Below the pieces are notes generated by a model. The model made no database searches and was not told the origin of the DNA. It was given only the letters and a program-made list of their open reading frames with translations. Position numbers and translations under genes: made by a program. From Deltaproteobacteria bacterium (GTDB taxonomy: Bacteria; Desulfobacterota; Syntrophobacteria; BM002), in contig JARRNM010000038.1 in NCBI GenBank assembly GCA_037384945.1, positions 1 to 57,190 of the forward strand: a DNA stretch of 57,190 nt. The letters run 5' to 3'. The stretch's first letter is position 1; each line of letters starts with the position of its first letter. This document shows positions 45,696 through 55,412 of the stretch, in pieces.

Positions 45696-46763
45696 TGGCC
45701 TGTTCCTTCGGATAGGGTGTTTCTCACAGGATCGGGAGATTCTTACTGCGCCGCCCTATTTGGCCAGTGGCTGATGGAAGAACGTGGCCGGGTATATGGT
45801 CTGCCAGCCCTTGAAGCGAGCCAGGCTGCTCAGCACTTCCAAGCCGGCGACAATCTAATTGGCATCAGCGTATCCGGTCGCACAGTAAGAGTCTTAGAGG
45901 CGGCCAAGAGAGCCTTGACGGCAGGCGCTCAGGTAGTAGCGGTAACCGATGATCTGCACAGCCCTCTAGCAGAACTGGCCTCTTCGGTCTGGCCTATATA
46001 TGCTTCCCCCCCGGAAGAACTACAGGATACCAGGTATACAGACGAGTACGCCAGACAATACATTGGTTATCACCACGATGTCGCCCAGAGCAAAACCTTC
46101 TGGGCTGCTCTACTAACCCTTATGCGAGGGGCCGAAACAGGACCAGATTGGCAGATCCTCTACGATCACACCCGCACCTTGCTCTCACCCACCTTTTATG
46201 AGCCCTTATTCAACAAAGCCAATCTCTGGGCCGAAAGTGGACAAACCTTTTTCCTGGGAAGCGGTTGGGCAAAAATTGCCGCTCGCTTCGCCAGTTACAA
46301 GATGCACGAGTTCAGTCGCCGGGGGTTTTTCACTGGCATCGAGGAATACTGCCACACCCTCTACTTCATAACCCGGTCCAAGGACACTCTTGTCTTTCTT
46401 ATCTCTGACGAGGATACCGCTGCCAGAGCAGGGGAAGTTGTTCCCGTGCTCTGCGAATTGTTCGATGCCAGGATCATCTGGCTTCAACCTGAGTTCCTTG
46501 GCAGCGACTTCACGCCTGCCGGGTCCGAGGGCAACATTCAAGTGGTAAACACGCCAGCCTCCGACCAGCCCGAGCAGCAGTTTCTTGATCTCATCCTTGC
46601 CGTGCAATGGCTGACCTATGCAATCGGCCGGGTAAACGCACCCGACATCAATACCTTCCACGCCGGCTACGATGCAGAGCGTCTGGTGGCAGGGACCTTG
46701 AGAACCATCCGCCAATCTGCCATTCGAGTATCAAAGCACAGGAAGCTTGCAGATGCAGATTAA
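45696..46763 (+). pseudogene. Double SIS-domain sugar-phosphate isomerase/deaminase-like protein, 5' end replaced by an inverted-repeat arm
   Basis: FLTGSGDSY, GISVSGRT, VAVT..SPLA, FLGSG, EEYCH. The track N-terminus (45627-45695) is translated repeat DNA. Confidence 0.65.
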
Positions 46764-46966
46764 CGAGGTGTGCCTGTACCACCTCCCGCTTCGTAAGAAC
46801 AGGTGGTAAAATCTATAGTAGTGCCGCATTTAGCACATGTGTGACTTTTTTTGAATTCGTCTGAAAAGATCTCTTTCTCTGCTCCGCAGTTGTTGCACTT
46901 GCAGACGAAGGATTTGAGATCCCTGAACGATTCGTATCCTGGGCAATGCTGTGGTGTTGAAGTCAT
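46760..46966 (-). CDS. Small zinc-ribbon-like protein
   Basis: GGAGG RBS; HCPG, CNNC and CAKC motifs. Confidence 0.7.
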   Translation of the reverse strand: MTSTPQHCPGYESFRDLKSFVCKCNNCGAEKEIFSDEFKKSHTCAKCGTTIDFTTCSYEAGGGTGTPR

Positions 46967-47317
46967 AATAAATCTCCTCCTCCGGTTTCAGATCAGTAGT
47001 TCCCCACACCATAAACTTCCCTTTGAATCCTTCTCTCAGTCTGGAAGTTTAGTCACGCATCTGCCAAAAGTCCAGGGAAAAGACCTATGAGAATTGCAGC
47101 ATATACGAAAGTGAGGCGGATAATAGTATTTAGCTCCTCCTGGTCGTGGAAAAACCAACTTGCCTGTTGTCCCCTTTAGCTTACAAGAGGTACAACATTT
47201 GCATAGCCTAACATGCTGTGTCTGTGCTAAATTGTTTTGGTACAGAATATTTCTCTTGCTTCATTCAGCTATTTTTCACGGTATTAGAGTCGGATCTTAC
47301 ACAAGGAGGGTGTCTCC

Positions 47318-47632
47318 ATGGGTACTTTCAGGAAACCATCACTTGTTTTTCTGTTTGTGGCTGTCCTCGCCCTTACCTGGGCGGTTTCCCCTGCTCTGGC
47401 TTCAGAAAAGAAGTATGTGACCGGCGAAGACCGGAACGCCCCTGCCATGATTTTTGATGCAGTGATCCTCAGACCTTTGGGTCTGGCTGGCTTTGTTCTG
47501 GGCACAGCATTTTTCATCGCCTCTCTGCCTATCAGCCTCCTAGGTGGGAATACTGGTGAAGCTGCACAAAAATTGGTGGTGGCACCTGCCAAATACACTT
47601 TTACCCGTCCTCTCGGAGCGGAAGATTACTAA
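47318..47632 (+). CDS. Exported/membrane hypothetical protein
   Basis: AGGAGG RBS, signal peptide (ALA-S), hydrophobic segment D..I.RPLG...SLP. Confidence 0.75.
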   Translation: MGTFRKPSLVFLFVAVLALTWAVSPALASEKKYVTGEDRNAPAMIFDAVILRPLGLAGFVLGTAFFIASLPISLLGGNTGEAAQKLVVAPAKYTFTRPLGAEDY

Positions 47633-47766
47633 GCTTCTTGGACAGGTAGAAGGTAAAATAAACCCTGGCCCTCACCTCCTCGCCAAGCGGCTGGCTTTTG
47701 AGCGTTGCTGGACGATTGAGCTATGTCGGCTTAATTTTGGTCCTCGCAGAACGAGAGCTTTAACCT

Positions 47767-48591
47767 ATGAATGTCCTGGAGGCCTTTTGTCTCGGCGCTC
47801 TGCAAGGTTTAACTGAATTTCTCCCAATTAGCAGCTCAGGGCATCTGGTCCTGGCCCAACATCTGTTGGGATTCCGGGAATCACAATTATTTTTTGATGT
47901 TGCGGTGCATGTGGGTACCCTTATGGCCGTATTTTTGGTCTTTCGCGGTGATTTGGCCCTCATGCTCAGGGGCTGCTTAAGGGCCTTAGGCCAGGCAACC
48001 TCCTCCCAAGCCACTGCCACCTCCAATGGTTTGAATAGTGGCGTAAAGCTGGCCTGGATGATCCTGGTTGGCTCCATACCTACAGCCATCATCGGTTTGC
48101 TTTTCAAAGACGTCTTTGCTCGCTTCTTTACCTCACCTGCCATCGTCGCTCTAGGTTTGTGGATCACTGGTTTTTTCCTCATCTGGAGTCGCAGGTCCAG
48201 GCCGAACCCCAAGCATCCGGACAACCCGGGAGTGTTTAATGCCCTGATGATTGGCTTGGTTCAGGGCGCGGCAATCACCCCCGGTGTGTCCCGCTCGGGA
48301 GTCACTATCACCTTGGGGATGCTACTCGGCCTCGAGCCAGACCTGGCATTCCGCTTTTCTTTTCTCCTGTCCATCCCAGCGATTCTTGGAGCGCTGGCCC
48401 TTGAAGCATTTCACGGAGGTGGCAACTATCCTGAATGGCAGGTGGTGGCCGTGGGCTTTTTCTCGGCTTTTCTTGTGGGTTGGTTCGCTCTGCGCATATT
48501 GCGATCATTGGTGAGCAAGGGCAAACTATTCTATTTTGCCCCTTATTGTTTAGTCCTTGGAGCCGTGGCTTTCCTAATTGCCTTCCTTTAA
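47767..48591 (+). CDS. uppP: Undecaprenyl-diphosphatase
   Basis: QGLTEFLPISSSGH, HVGT, PGVSRSG, FSFLLSIP. Confidence 0.96.
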   Translation: MNVLEAFCLGALQGLTEFLPISSSGHLVLAQHLLGFRESQLFFDVAVHVGTLMAVFLVFRGDLALMLRGCLRALGQATSSQATATSNGLNSGVKLAWMILVGSIPTAIIGLLFKDVFARFFTSPAIVALGLWITGFFLIWSRRSRPNPKHPDNPGVFNALMIGLVQGAAITPGVSRSGVTITLGMLLGLEPDLAFRFSFLLSIPAILGALALEAFHGGGNYPEWQVVAVGFFSAFLVGWFALRILRSLVSKGKLFYFAPYCLVLGAVAFLIAFL

Positions 48592-48803
48592 TGATTACGT
48601 TGCTCAGATTTGAGGTTTTAGGTTTCAGGTGTCAGGAAGAAGAAACAGAAACGCTAAACTTGCACCCTGACTAATTTATACCTGAACACTGAAACCTCAT
48701 GACCGAGCCTCCCCACAGATCTGTATCCTTTGTGTTATTGGTGATCCTCGTGGTGTGCAAGGAGTAATGGCTTGAATCTGCTTCCGTAGATTTTTAGGCA
48801 GGG

Positions 48804-49448
48804 TCAGATCAGATCAATCAGGTTTCTCCGTACTGCATAATGCACTAGTTCGGCTGTGCTCTTGCAGCCAAGTTTCAAAAGAATATTGGTGCGGTGAGTG
48901 TCCAAAGTTCTGACGCTTATGCTGAGTATTTTTCCGATCTCCTTCCTGCTTTTACCCTCTGCTATGAGCTTGAGCACCTCTCTCTCCCGTGGTGAGAGCT
49001 TAGGTTGCTTTTTCATTTCGCCGATTTCGTCGTATCCCTCGACCAGGTTGCCCGATATGGACGGACTCAAAAATTGTTCTCCTCTACAGATAGCTCTAAG
49101 AGCGCCGAATAGACATTGGGCGTCGGTGTCTTTTACCAGATAGCCTGAGCCACCAGCTTCAAAAAACTGGGCCACAAACCCCTCATCTTTGTGCATGGTG
49201 AGGGCTACGACTTTGGTCTCAGGCAGCGCTTCAATGATTCGGCGAGTCGCTTCGATGCCGCTCAGATCTGGCATAGAGATGTCCATGAGAACCAGATCCG
49301 GCCGGCACTTCTTGACCTGGTCGATAGCTGAGTGGCCGCTGTCGGTGCTGCCGATCACAAAAAATTCTGGCCTGGCCTCTAGGAGAAGTTTCAGGGACTC
49401 GGCAAAAATGGTGTGGTCATCAACGAGAAAGACGTTGTGTTTTTGCAT
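48804..49448 (-). CDS. NarL/LuxR-family response regulator
   Basis: VDDH, MDISMP, LTMH, GYLVK; HTH LSPREREVLKLIAEG..TLDTHRTNI..KL. Confidence 0.95.
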   Translation of the reverse strand: MQKHNVFLVDDHTIFAESLKLLLEARPEFFVIGSTDSGHSAIDQVKKCRPDLVLMDISMPDLSGIEATRRIIEALPETKVVALTMHKDEGFVAQFFEAGGSGYLVKDTDAQCLFGALRAICRGEQFLSPSISGNLVEGYDEIGEMKKQPKLSPREREVLKLIAEGKSRKEIGKILSISVRTLDTHRTNILLKLGCKSTAELVHYAVRRNLIDLI

Positions 49449-50071
49449 GGGTATGCTGGGCGCATCTAGGGTTACATGCTCTTAGACCATCACTCGTCGC
49501 CTACTGCAGCCCCAAATTCCACGAATCTCTCAGGCGAGACCGCGAAATTTTAGGGCTGATGGGAAAGTCCATCAACATCTTTTACTAGCAGATCGCTCGG
49601 CTTTGGGTCAACAATAATTCTGGAGTTTTCCCATTTTCCTCCAGATTTACCCACTATGAGCTAAGTCAGGGAAAGCTCTTTTGCAGAGCGCATAGTCGCT
49701 GCCCCTCTTATAATCTAAGGCCTCACCGTCGTGGTAAGGGTCATCTTACCGGGGTGCTACCCTGAGGATGTGGAACTGCACTGGGTGGTACCAAACGGAT
49801 GCTCCAGATGCGCTCTGCTCCAGAGCTCCCCCTGTCACCTCCTCGTGAGCAAGAGACATCTGCAAGGGCCAAAAGGGGAAGCTGCGAAACAACGAACATC
49901 TGAGCAACCGCTCTTCACTCTCTCAGCCTTGCGAGAGTCTCCATGAAGATATGGTGCACACTGAACAGGAATCCTGCCAATAAATGGTGCGAATCATGTC
50001 TGTTGTGGAGTAGCTTCCCCGTGGCCTACGTCTCTAAAGTATTTTTGGGGAAACTCCTGCCATAAATTACG

Positions 50072-50100
50072 TTGACACTTCCTAACCTGCTTGATATAAG
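50072..50100 (+). promoter_or_regulatory. Sigma70 promoter of tRNA-Ala
   Basis: TTGACA-17 bp-TATAAG ending 17 bp before the tRNA. Confidence 0.75.
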
Positions 50101-50117
50101 TAAAACCTACACTGGGT

Positions 50118-50194
<77 letters not shown>

Positions 50195-50208
50195 GCTATT
50201 TTAGATAC

Positions 50209-50741
50209 TTAGCTGGCAACGGCTTTTTCGGACAAAGAGGATGTGACCATTTTGTGACCATCCTCTTTTTTATTGCCTGTAGTCAAGCCGTTTAACAGCT
50301 TGATCTCTTCCCTGGCAAACTCTTTTGATAGATGGGCATAACGCATGGTTATTTTAATATCTGCATGGCCCAGGATCTTCTGCAGTGCCCTGAGTGATCC
50401 CCACGCATGACATAGTGAGAGGCGAAAGTGTGTCTCAAATCGTGCGGCCTGAAATCGGTAATCCCTGCCCTTTTGACTGCTGCATTGAAGGCGGTCTTAA
50501 TATCGGAGATGTGACCATTTTGGTCACAAAAGATGTATTTGGTCCCTACCGGCTGACGTTTCCTGATGGATTTAAAACATTCTGCCAGGTCTCCATTTAT
50601 AGGAATTTGTCTTGCCTTGTCGGTTTTGGTTTTCTCGAGATAGATAAACTCCCCTCGGATCTGGTCCCGCCTCAAGGAAAGTATCTCACCCTTTCTCATG
50701 CCGGTGTTAACGGCAATGATGATAAAATCCCTAAGATAGAC
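50209..50741 (-). pseudogene. Tyrosine integrase, C-terminal catalytic half only, frameshifted at the CCCC run 50399-50402
   Basis: TGMRKGE, KTKT, HDLRHTFAS in one frame; LQKILGH..TMRYAH in the shifted frame; stop at 50209. The N-terminus is missing. Confidence 0.88.
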
Positions 50742-51009
50742 AGCCTGCGGTCCAGCAAACGGTGAACGCTGACGAAGACATCCTGCCGCGGCTGCCACCT
50801 CCTGCCGGTCCATAGACTTCACGCCAACTAGCCCGGCACTTGGACGATCGACACCCTCGTCGGCGCCTTCCGCGACTTGCGAGACGCGAGCTTTCCCGCT
50901 ACTTCCTTCGGCTGCATCAGCTGGTTCTGGCCCCGGAGGGCGATCAGCTCGCCTTCGCGCTCGCGATGCTGCACAGGCACATCCAGCGGCACGGTTCGCC
51001 ACTGCCGAC

Positions 51010-51411
51010 TCTATAGACGGGAAAAGAGATAAGATCTTTGATGCCCTGGAATGGCTGGCGGCCATGTGTTCTCACCTCTCTGGCAAGGGTGAACAGATGG
51101 TGAGGTATTACGGCTACTTCAGCGACGTTTCTCGAGACACACAGAAGAAGAAAAACGAAGACAACCTCATACCCTGCATCCTGAAGCCGGATGAGTCATC
51201 GAAAGCGTCGAGGAAGAATTGGGCCAGACTGATCCGGAAAATCTACGAGGTTGATCCGCTTGTCTGCCCAAAGTGCAACTACCAGATGCGGATCTTGAGC
51301 TTCATGGAAGACCAGGCGATGATCAGCAAGATCCTCAAGCATCTACGCCTATATCTGGTACGTTCAACACTCCCTGCCAGGGCTCCTACCCAGAGCCCCC
51401 CGGTTAGATGA
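51010..51411 (+). pseudogene. IS91-family (Y2 rolling-circle) transposase, C-terminal remnant
   Basis: DGK..KIFDALEWLAAMCSH..KGEQMVRYYG, RKNWARLIRKIYEVDPLVCPKC...MRI. Confidence 0.75.
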
Positions 51412-51716
51412 CTCATCCACTCAGATTCCGGTCTTGGATGATCATCTCTACACCGATCCTGAATACTCTGCCGATGACTATTTCTCCTGATTCAAAGACA
51501 GGGAAGGGATGGAAAGGAATCGGTGTGCCCGAATTTCCGTGAATAGTCCCAGTCCAGGTCTCCATGGCGCGAACACCCCCTCACCACTCTCTCCCATCCC
51601 CGGTCTTGAGACAACCGAAATATACTGAACCACCATATGTTGCCCTGCATGGCTCTTGACACAAAAGACTCTTTCTTCCTATACTCCCCACCATGGAAAG
51701 GGAGTTCTTATCAGTT
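51352..51716 (+). repeat. IS91-like right (ori) end, copy 1
   Basis: Near-identical direct repeat of 54322-54555; ends GGAAAGGGAGTTCTTATCAGTT. Confidence 0.75.
51656..51685 (+). promoter_or_regulatory. Outward-facing sigma70 promoter inside the IS end, reading into the APC gene
   Basis: TTGACA-18 bp-TATACT, 55 bp before the ATG at 51740. Confidence 0.6.
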
Positions 51717-51739
51717 TTTACCAGTAAGGAGATCGAGAG

Positions 51740-53512
51740 ATGACAGTTCCCCCGACACCCTCGCGCAAGGAACTCCTCTTCGGAACTGCGCCCAAAAAGC
51801 GTTTGAATCAGTGGTTGGCCACGGGGATCTGCGGCAATGACATTTCATCTTCCTGTCTCTATGTCTCAGCCATTGCAGCTGTCTACGCCGGCGTTCTTGC
51901 CCCCTTGGTGCTCCTCATGGTCATCGTGGTTCTCTACCTCTACAAGAAGGTCTATACGGAAGTGGTGGAAGCCCTCCCCCTGAACGGGGGCACATATAAC
52001 TGCCTGCTCAATTGTACGTCCAAGTTCGCCGCTGCCCTTGCCGCATGCATGACTATCCTTTCCTATATCGCCACAGCCGTGATCTCTTCCAAGACAGCGG
52101 CCGAGTACCTTAATACTGTTTTCCCTGCTTTTAGCGTGATGGAGGGCACCATATCAATTTTGGGCATCTTTGCCATTCTTGCCATCATCGGGATTACTGA
52201 GTCCGCCGTGGTGGCCTTGACCATTTTTGTCTTGCATATAGGGACACTCACCGCTTTTTGCCTGTTAGGTTTCATCAGCCTCCCTGCTGATTTGCATATC
52301 TTCAAAGCGAACCTCAATTCCTTGCCGGCGGGGAAGAATCTGTACCTTGCCGTTTCATTGGGGTTTTCGGCGGCCCTGCTGGGTATAAGCGGATTCGAGA
52401 GTTCGGCAAACTTTGTGGAAGAGCAGGACGTGGGAGTCTTTCGAAAAACCTTACGCAACATGCTCATTACGGTGGCGATTTTCAACCCTCTGACTTCCAT
52501 CCTTGCCTTGAACCTGCTGCCCCTATCGGACATAGTGGGGCACAAAGACTATCTCCTGTCCGAAATGGCCCACATGATGGGGGGAAAATCATTCAAGATG
52601 ATCGTGGTTCTGGATGCCACAGCCGTGCTTTCCGGTGCGGTGCTTACGAGCTATGTGGGAGTAACCGGACTCGTGCAGCGAATGGCTCTGGATCAATGCC
52701 TGCCCCGTTTCTTCCTGAAGAGGAACAGGAGAGGGACTTCTCACCGAATTATTCTCACCTTCTTCTTGCTTTGCTCCTCCATCCTTCTGGTCACCAAAGG
52801 AAGTCTCCTCTCTCTGGCCGGGGTCTATACCATTTCTTTTCTGGGAGTGATGACCCTCTTTGGGATAGGCGATATCCTTCTTAGAACCAGGCGAAAAGAA
52901 CTGAAGCGAACCTACCGAGCAGGCTGGGCCACCATAATCCTTGCCATTTTGGCAACCAGTATGGGCATCGTGGGGAACATTTTTATCGACCACAAGAATC
53001 TCCTCTACTTCCTGCAGTATTTCATCCCCACCGTTTTGCTGGTCGTTCTCATGTACCTGCGTATTCCGATACTGAAGACCGTACTGGAATTGCTAAACAA
53101 TCTTATGGCCAAGGTTTTGGTCTCGCGTACCATCGTCATTGATCAGATAACTGCGCTGACCGACCAGCGGGTGATACTGTTCGCCAGGGGCGGTGACCTC
53201 CATCGGCTGCACGATGCGTTCAACTATATCGTACACAACGAGTCCAGCCGGTCAGTTATTGTTCTCCACCTCTATTCCAATCCCGGAAGCAGTGAGGAGG
53301 AAAACCTCAAACACAGTCTGGAAGCAATTCGAGAGATTTTCCCAACGGTTAAAGTGAATCTGATCGTGAAGGAAGGGAAGTTCGCTCCGGAGATCATCAA
53401 CGAGGTCTCCGAGGAATTTAGAGTGCCCACCAACAACATCTTTATCGGTGCTCCGGAAGAAAAGCATGCTTTCTCAATCCAGGATCTGGGAGGAGTGCGA
53501 ATAATCTTCTGA
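51740..53512 (+). CDS. APC-family amino acid permease with C-terminal soluble USP-like domain
   Basis: GNDISSSCLY, LPLNGGTY, GISGFESSAN, ~12 TM segments; AAGGAG RBS. Confidence 0.88.
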   Translation: MTVPPTPSRKELLFGTAPKKRLNQWLATGICGNDISSSCLYVSAIAAVYAGVLAPLVLLMVIVVLYLYKKVYTEVVEALPLNGGTYNCLLNCTSKFAAALAACMTILSYIATAVISSKTAAEYLNTVFPAFSVMEGTISILGIFAILAIIGITESAVVALTIFVLHIGTLTAFCLLGFISLPADLHIFKANLNSLPAGKNLYLAVSLGFSAALLGISGFESSANFVEEQDVGVFRKTLRNMLITVAIFNPLTSILALNLLPLSDIVGHKDYLLSEMAHMMGGKSFKMIVVLDATAVLSGAVLTSYVGVTGLVQRMALDQCLPRFFLKRNRRGTSHRIILTFFLLCSSILLVTKGSLLSLAGVYTISFLGVMTLFGIGDILLRTRRKELKRTYRAGWATIILAILATSMGIVGNIFIDHKNLLYFLQYFIPTVLLVVLMYLRIPILKTVLELLNNLMAKVLVSRTIVIDQITALTDQRVILFARGGDLHRLHDAFNYIVHNESSRSVIVLHLYSNPGSSEEENLKHSLEAIREIFPTVKVNLIVKEGKFAPEIINEVSEEFRVPTNNIFIGAPEEKHAFSIQDLGGVRIIF

Positions 53513-53656
53513 GTATGTCTTCCGAAGCCGCGCCGCAGATCCATTTGCTCTAGTGTGAACAATCGTGGCGACTAGCTTCTTTGCAGCTTCTCATTAAGAG
53601 CTCTCTTTCGATGACCGGAAAGAGGCCGTGGGTGAACCACAAAGGGAGAGGAGGAG

Positions 53657-54019
53657 ATGGACAGGAGACTCTACACCTTGACACTGGTATTGGCTTTGAT
53701 TCTTGGGTTGTCAGGCGGATTGATTTCAAGCTGGTTTCTGAAGAGCCACCCTGCACTGGCCGATGGGGGACTACAAGTCAACGAAGTTGTAATAGCCAAG
53801 GAGTTCCGCTTGGTAGGAGAGAACGACAGAACCCTGGCGGTGTTTGGGGGACACCCGGGAAGGGAACCCTACTTGCCCATTGAAGGCGGCTTGCGCTTCT
53901 ACAATCGGGAGGGCGAGCTTCTAATTATGGTTGGCGTCGTGCCCGTAGGTAAACCGGTGATTGCCATTTTTGACGGGAAAGGCCAAATCATCTGGAGGGC
54001 CCCTCAAATACAACCCTAG
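53657..54019 (+). CDS. Exported hypothetical protein
   Basis: GGAGG RBS, N-terminal TM/signal, beta-rich body. Confidence 0.65.
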   Translation: MDRRLYTLTLVLALILGLSGGLISSWFLKSHPALADGGLQVNEVVIAKEFRLVGENDRTLAVFGGHPGREPYLPIEGGLRFYNREGELLIMVGVVPVGKPVIAIFDGKGQIIWRAPQIQP

Positions 54020-54321
54020 CAGGGATTACCTCGCGGAGATGACTCAGGCCAACAAGATTGGATGCAGGCATGGCAAAGGGAGCAGGTTGCTGCCCTTGGA
54101 CGTCTCTCCCTTCACTCTGAATGGAGTGGACGATTTTCTCCAATCCTTGCCGAAACCGGCAAAATGATTCTCACCCCGCCATCATGACGAGGAGCGACAG
54201 ACGTCAGAGTGGGGCCGTACTCAAACCCTTACTTTACCACCACACCAAGCAGCGCCTCAAAGGCCTGCCGGTTGATCTTCTTCCTGAATCACCCGACCTC
54301 GGCTTTCGGCCCAGAGATTTG

Positions 54322-54555
54322 TACCTGGTACGTTCAACACTCCCTGCCAGGGCTCCACCCAGAGCCCCCGGTTAGATGACTCATACACTCAGATTCCGGT
54401 CTTGGATGATCATCTCTACACCGATCCTGAATACTCTGCCGATGACTATTTCTCCTGATTCAAAGACAGGGAAGGGATGGAAAGGGAATGGCACTTGACA
54501 CACAAGACTCTTTCTTCCTGTACTCCCCACCATGGAAAGGGAGTTCTTATCAGTT
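54322..54555 (+). repeat. IS91-like right (ori) end, copy 2, lacking ~134 bp present in copy 1
   Basis: Matches 51352-51520 and 51655-51716. Confidence 0.75.
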
Positions 54556-54938
54556 GCCCAGGTGAATACTTAACCTTTTATGTCTCTCATTGAGACTGCG
54601 TGTTTCTGTATCTGCTCCATATTCTTACTTCTCACCATGTGTCAAAGTTTAAGTTATGCTAATCATACCTGCATGGTTACTTTGCTCAGTGTAAGTGTGT
54701 TCAACTGAAGTCCCGACCTGTCAACCTGACTGTGGATTACATACTCCACTCTTGCCTCTGAGACCAAAATACCACATTTTGTTTGTAAACCCCCCGTAAA
54801 CCCCCCAATAATTTTGTGATCAAATGTGACCAAAATTATTTTCTGTGATCAAATTCTTTGTATTGTTTCAACACCCGGATTGTGTAAAATCAAATAATTA
54901 CAGTGATAGCACACACATAGAAAAACCGACGACCCTAC

Positions 54939-54985
54939 ATGGCATTCAAGAGGTCGTCGGTTCGATCCCGATCAACTCCACCAGC
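54939..54985 (+). repeat. attR: displaced 3' half of tRNA-Ala
   Basis: ATGGCATTCAAG...GATCAACTCCACCAGC, one G>A change versus the tRNA. Confidence 0.92.
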
Positions 54986-55412
54986 CAGTTTGACCCCACA
55001 GCCGATGGGAATGGATTGTTTGTTGGTGCTGCCAAATCCTTGCTATCGGGTTTTTGGTTAGAAGCTCCACACCCCTTGAAAAAGCAACAGTGGAATGATG
55101 GGAATCAAGCATTCCAACAACTGGCCAGGATACTTCCATCATTGGGACCACTCCTGTTAACCCCCTTTATTCTCTCCAAATCGAGTAAATTATGCAAGCC
55201 TCATTGAACTGTCTAAATAGCACTTTGGCTTAGGCATGAATCTTGAAAGTCCTGCACTATAATTTCAGCTACCGGAAACTGTTCCTCTTTTCACCTTCCA
55301 AAGCATCAGGCAAGAAAATGTGTTTTCAAAAAACAATCAATTACCATCTTCAATCAAAGCCGTGTTTGGGTTGGCGGGGTTTGATAATGCCATCTAAAGG
55401 CAAGGAGACAAA

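Noticed and set aside
46221-46237. 17-bp match to the reverse strand of 54303-54319
   Set aside because: One such match in 57 kb is plausible by chance (rough expectation ~0.2) and there is no flanking similarity.
49731-49946. 71-aa ORF upstream of the NarL gene
   Set aside because: No RBS, low coding character, and no consistent frame on either strand.
50396-50405. Programmed frameshift in the integrase
   Set aside because: It is a simple 4-G run, not a slippery heptamer, and the gene is also 5' truncated.
50349-51065. Intact 238-aa integrase ORF from the track
   Set aside because: Chimeric: the first ~100 codons are unrelated GC-rich or antisense IS DNA, and the catalytic His/Tyr lie in another frame.
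54939-54985. Second tRNA gene
   Set aside because: Only the 3' half is present, with no D arm or 5' acceptor strand. It is attR.
54845-55207. 120-aa ORF
   Set aside because: TTG/GTG-type start with no RBS, runs through arm sites and attR, and has no recognisable motif.
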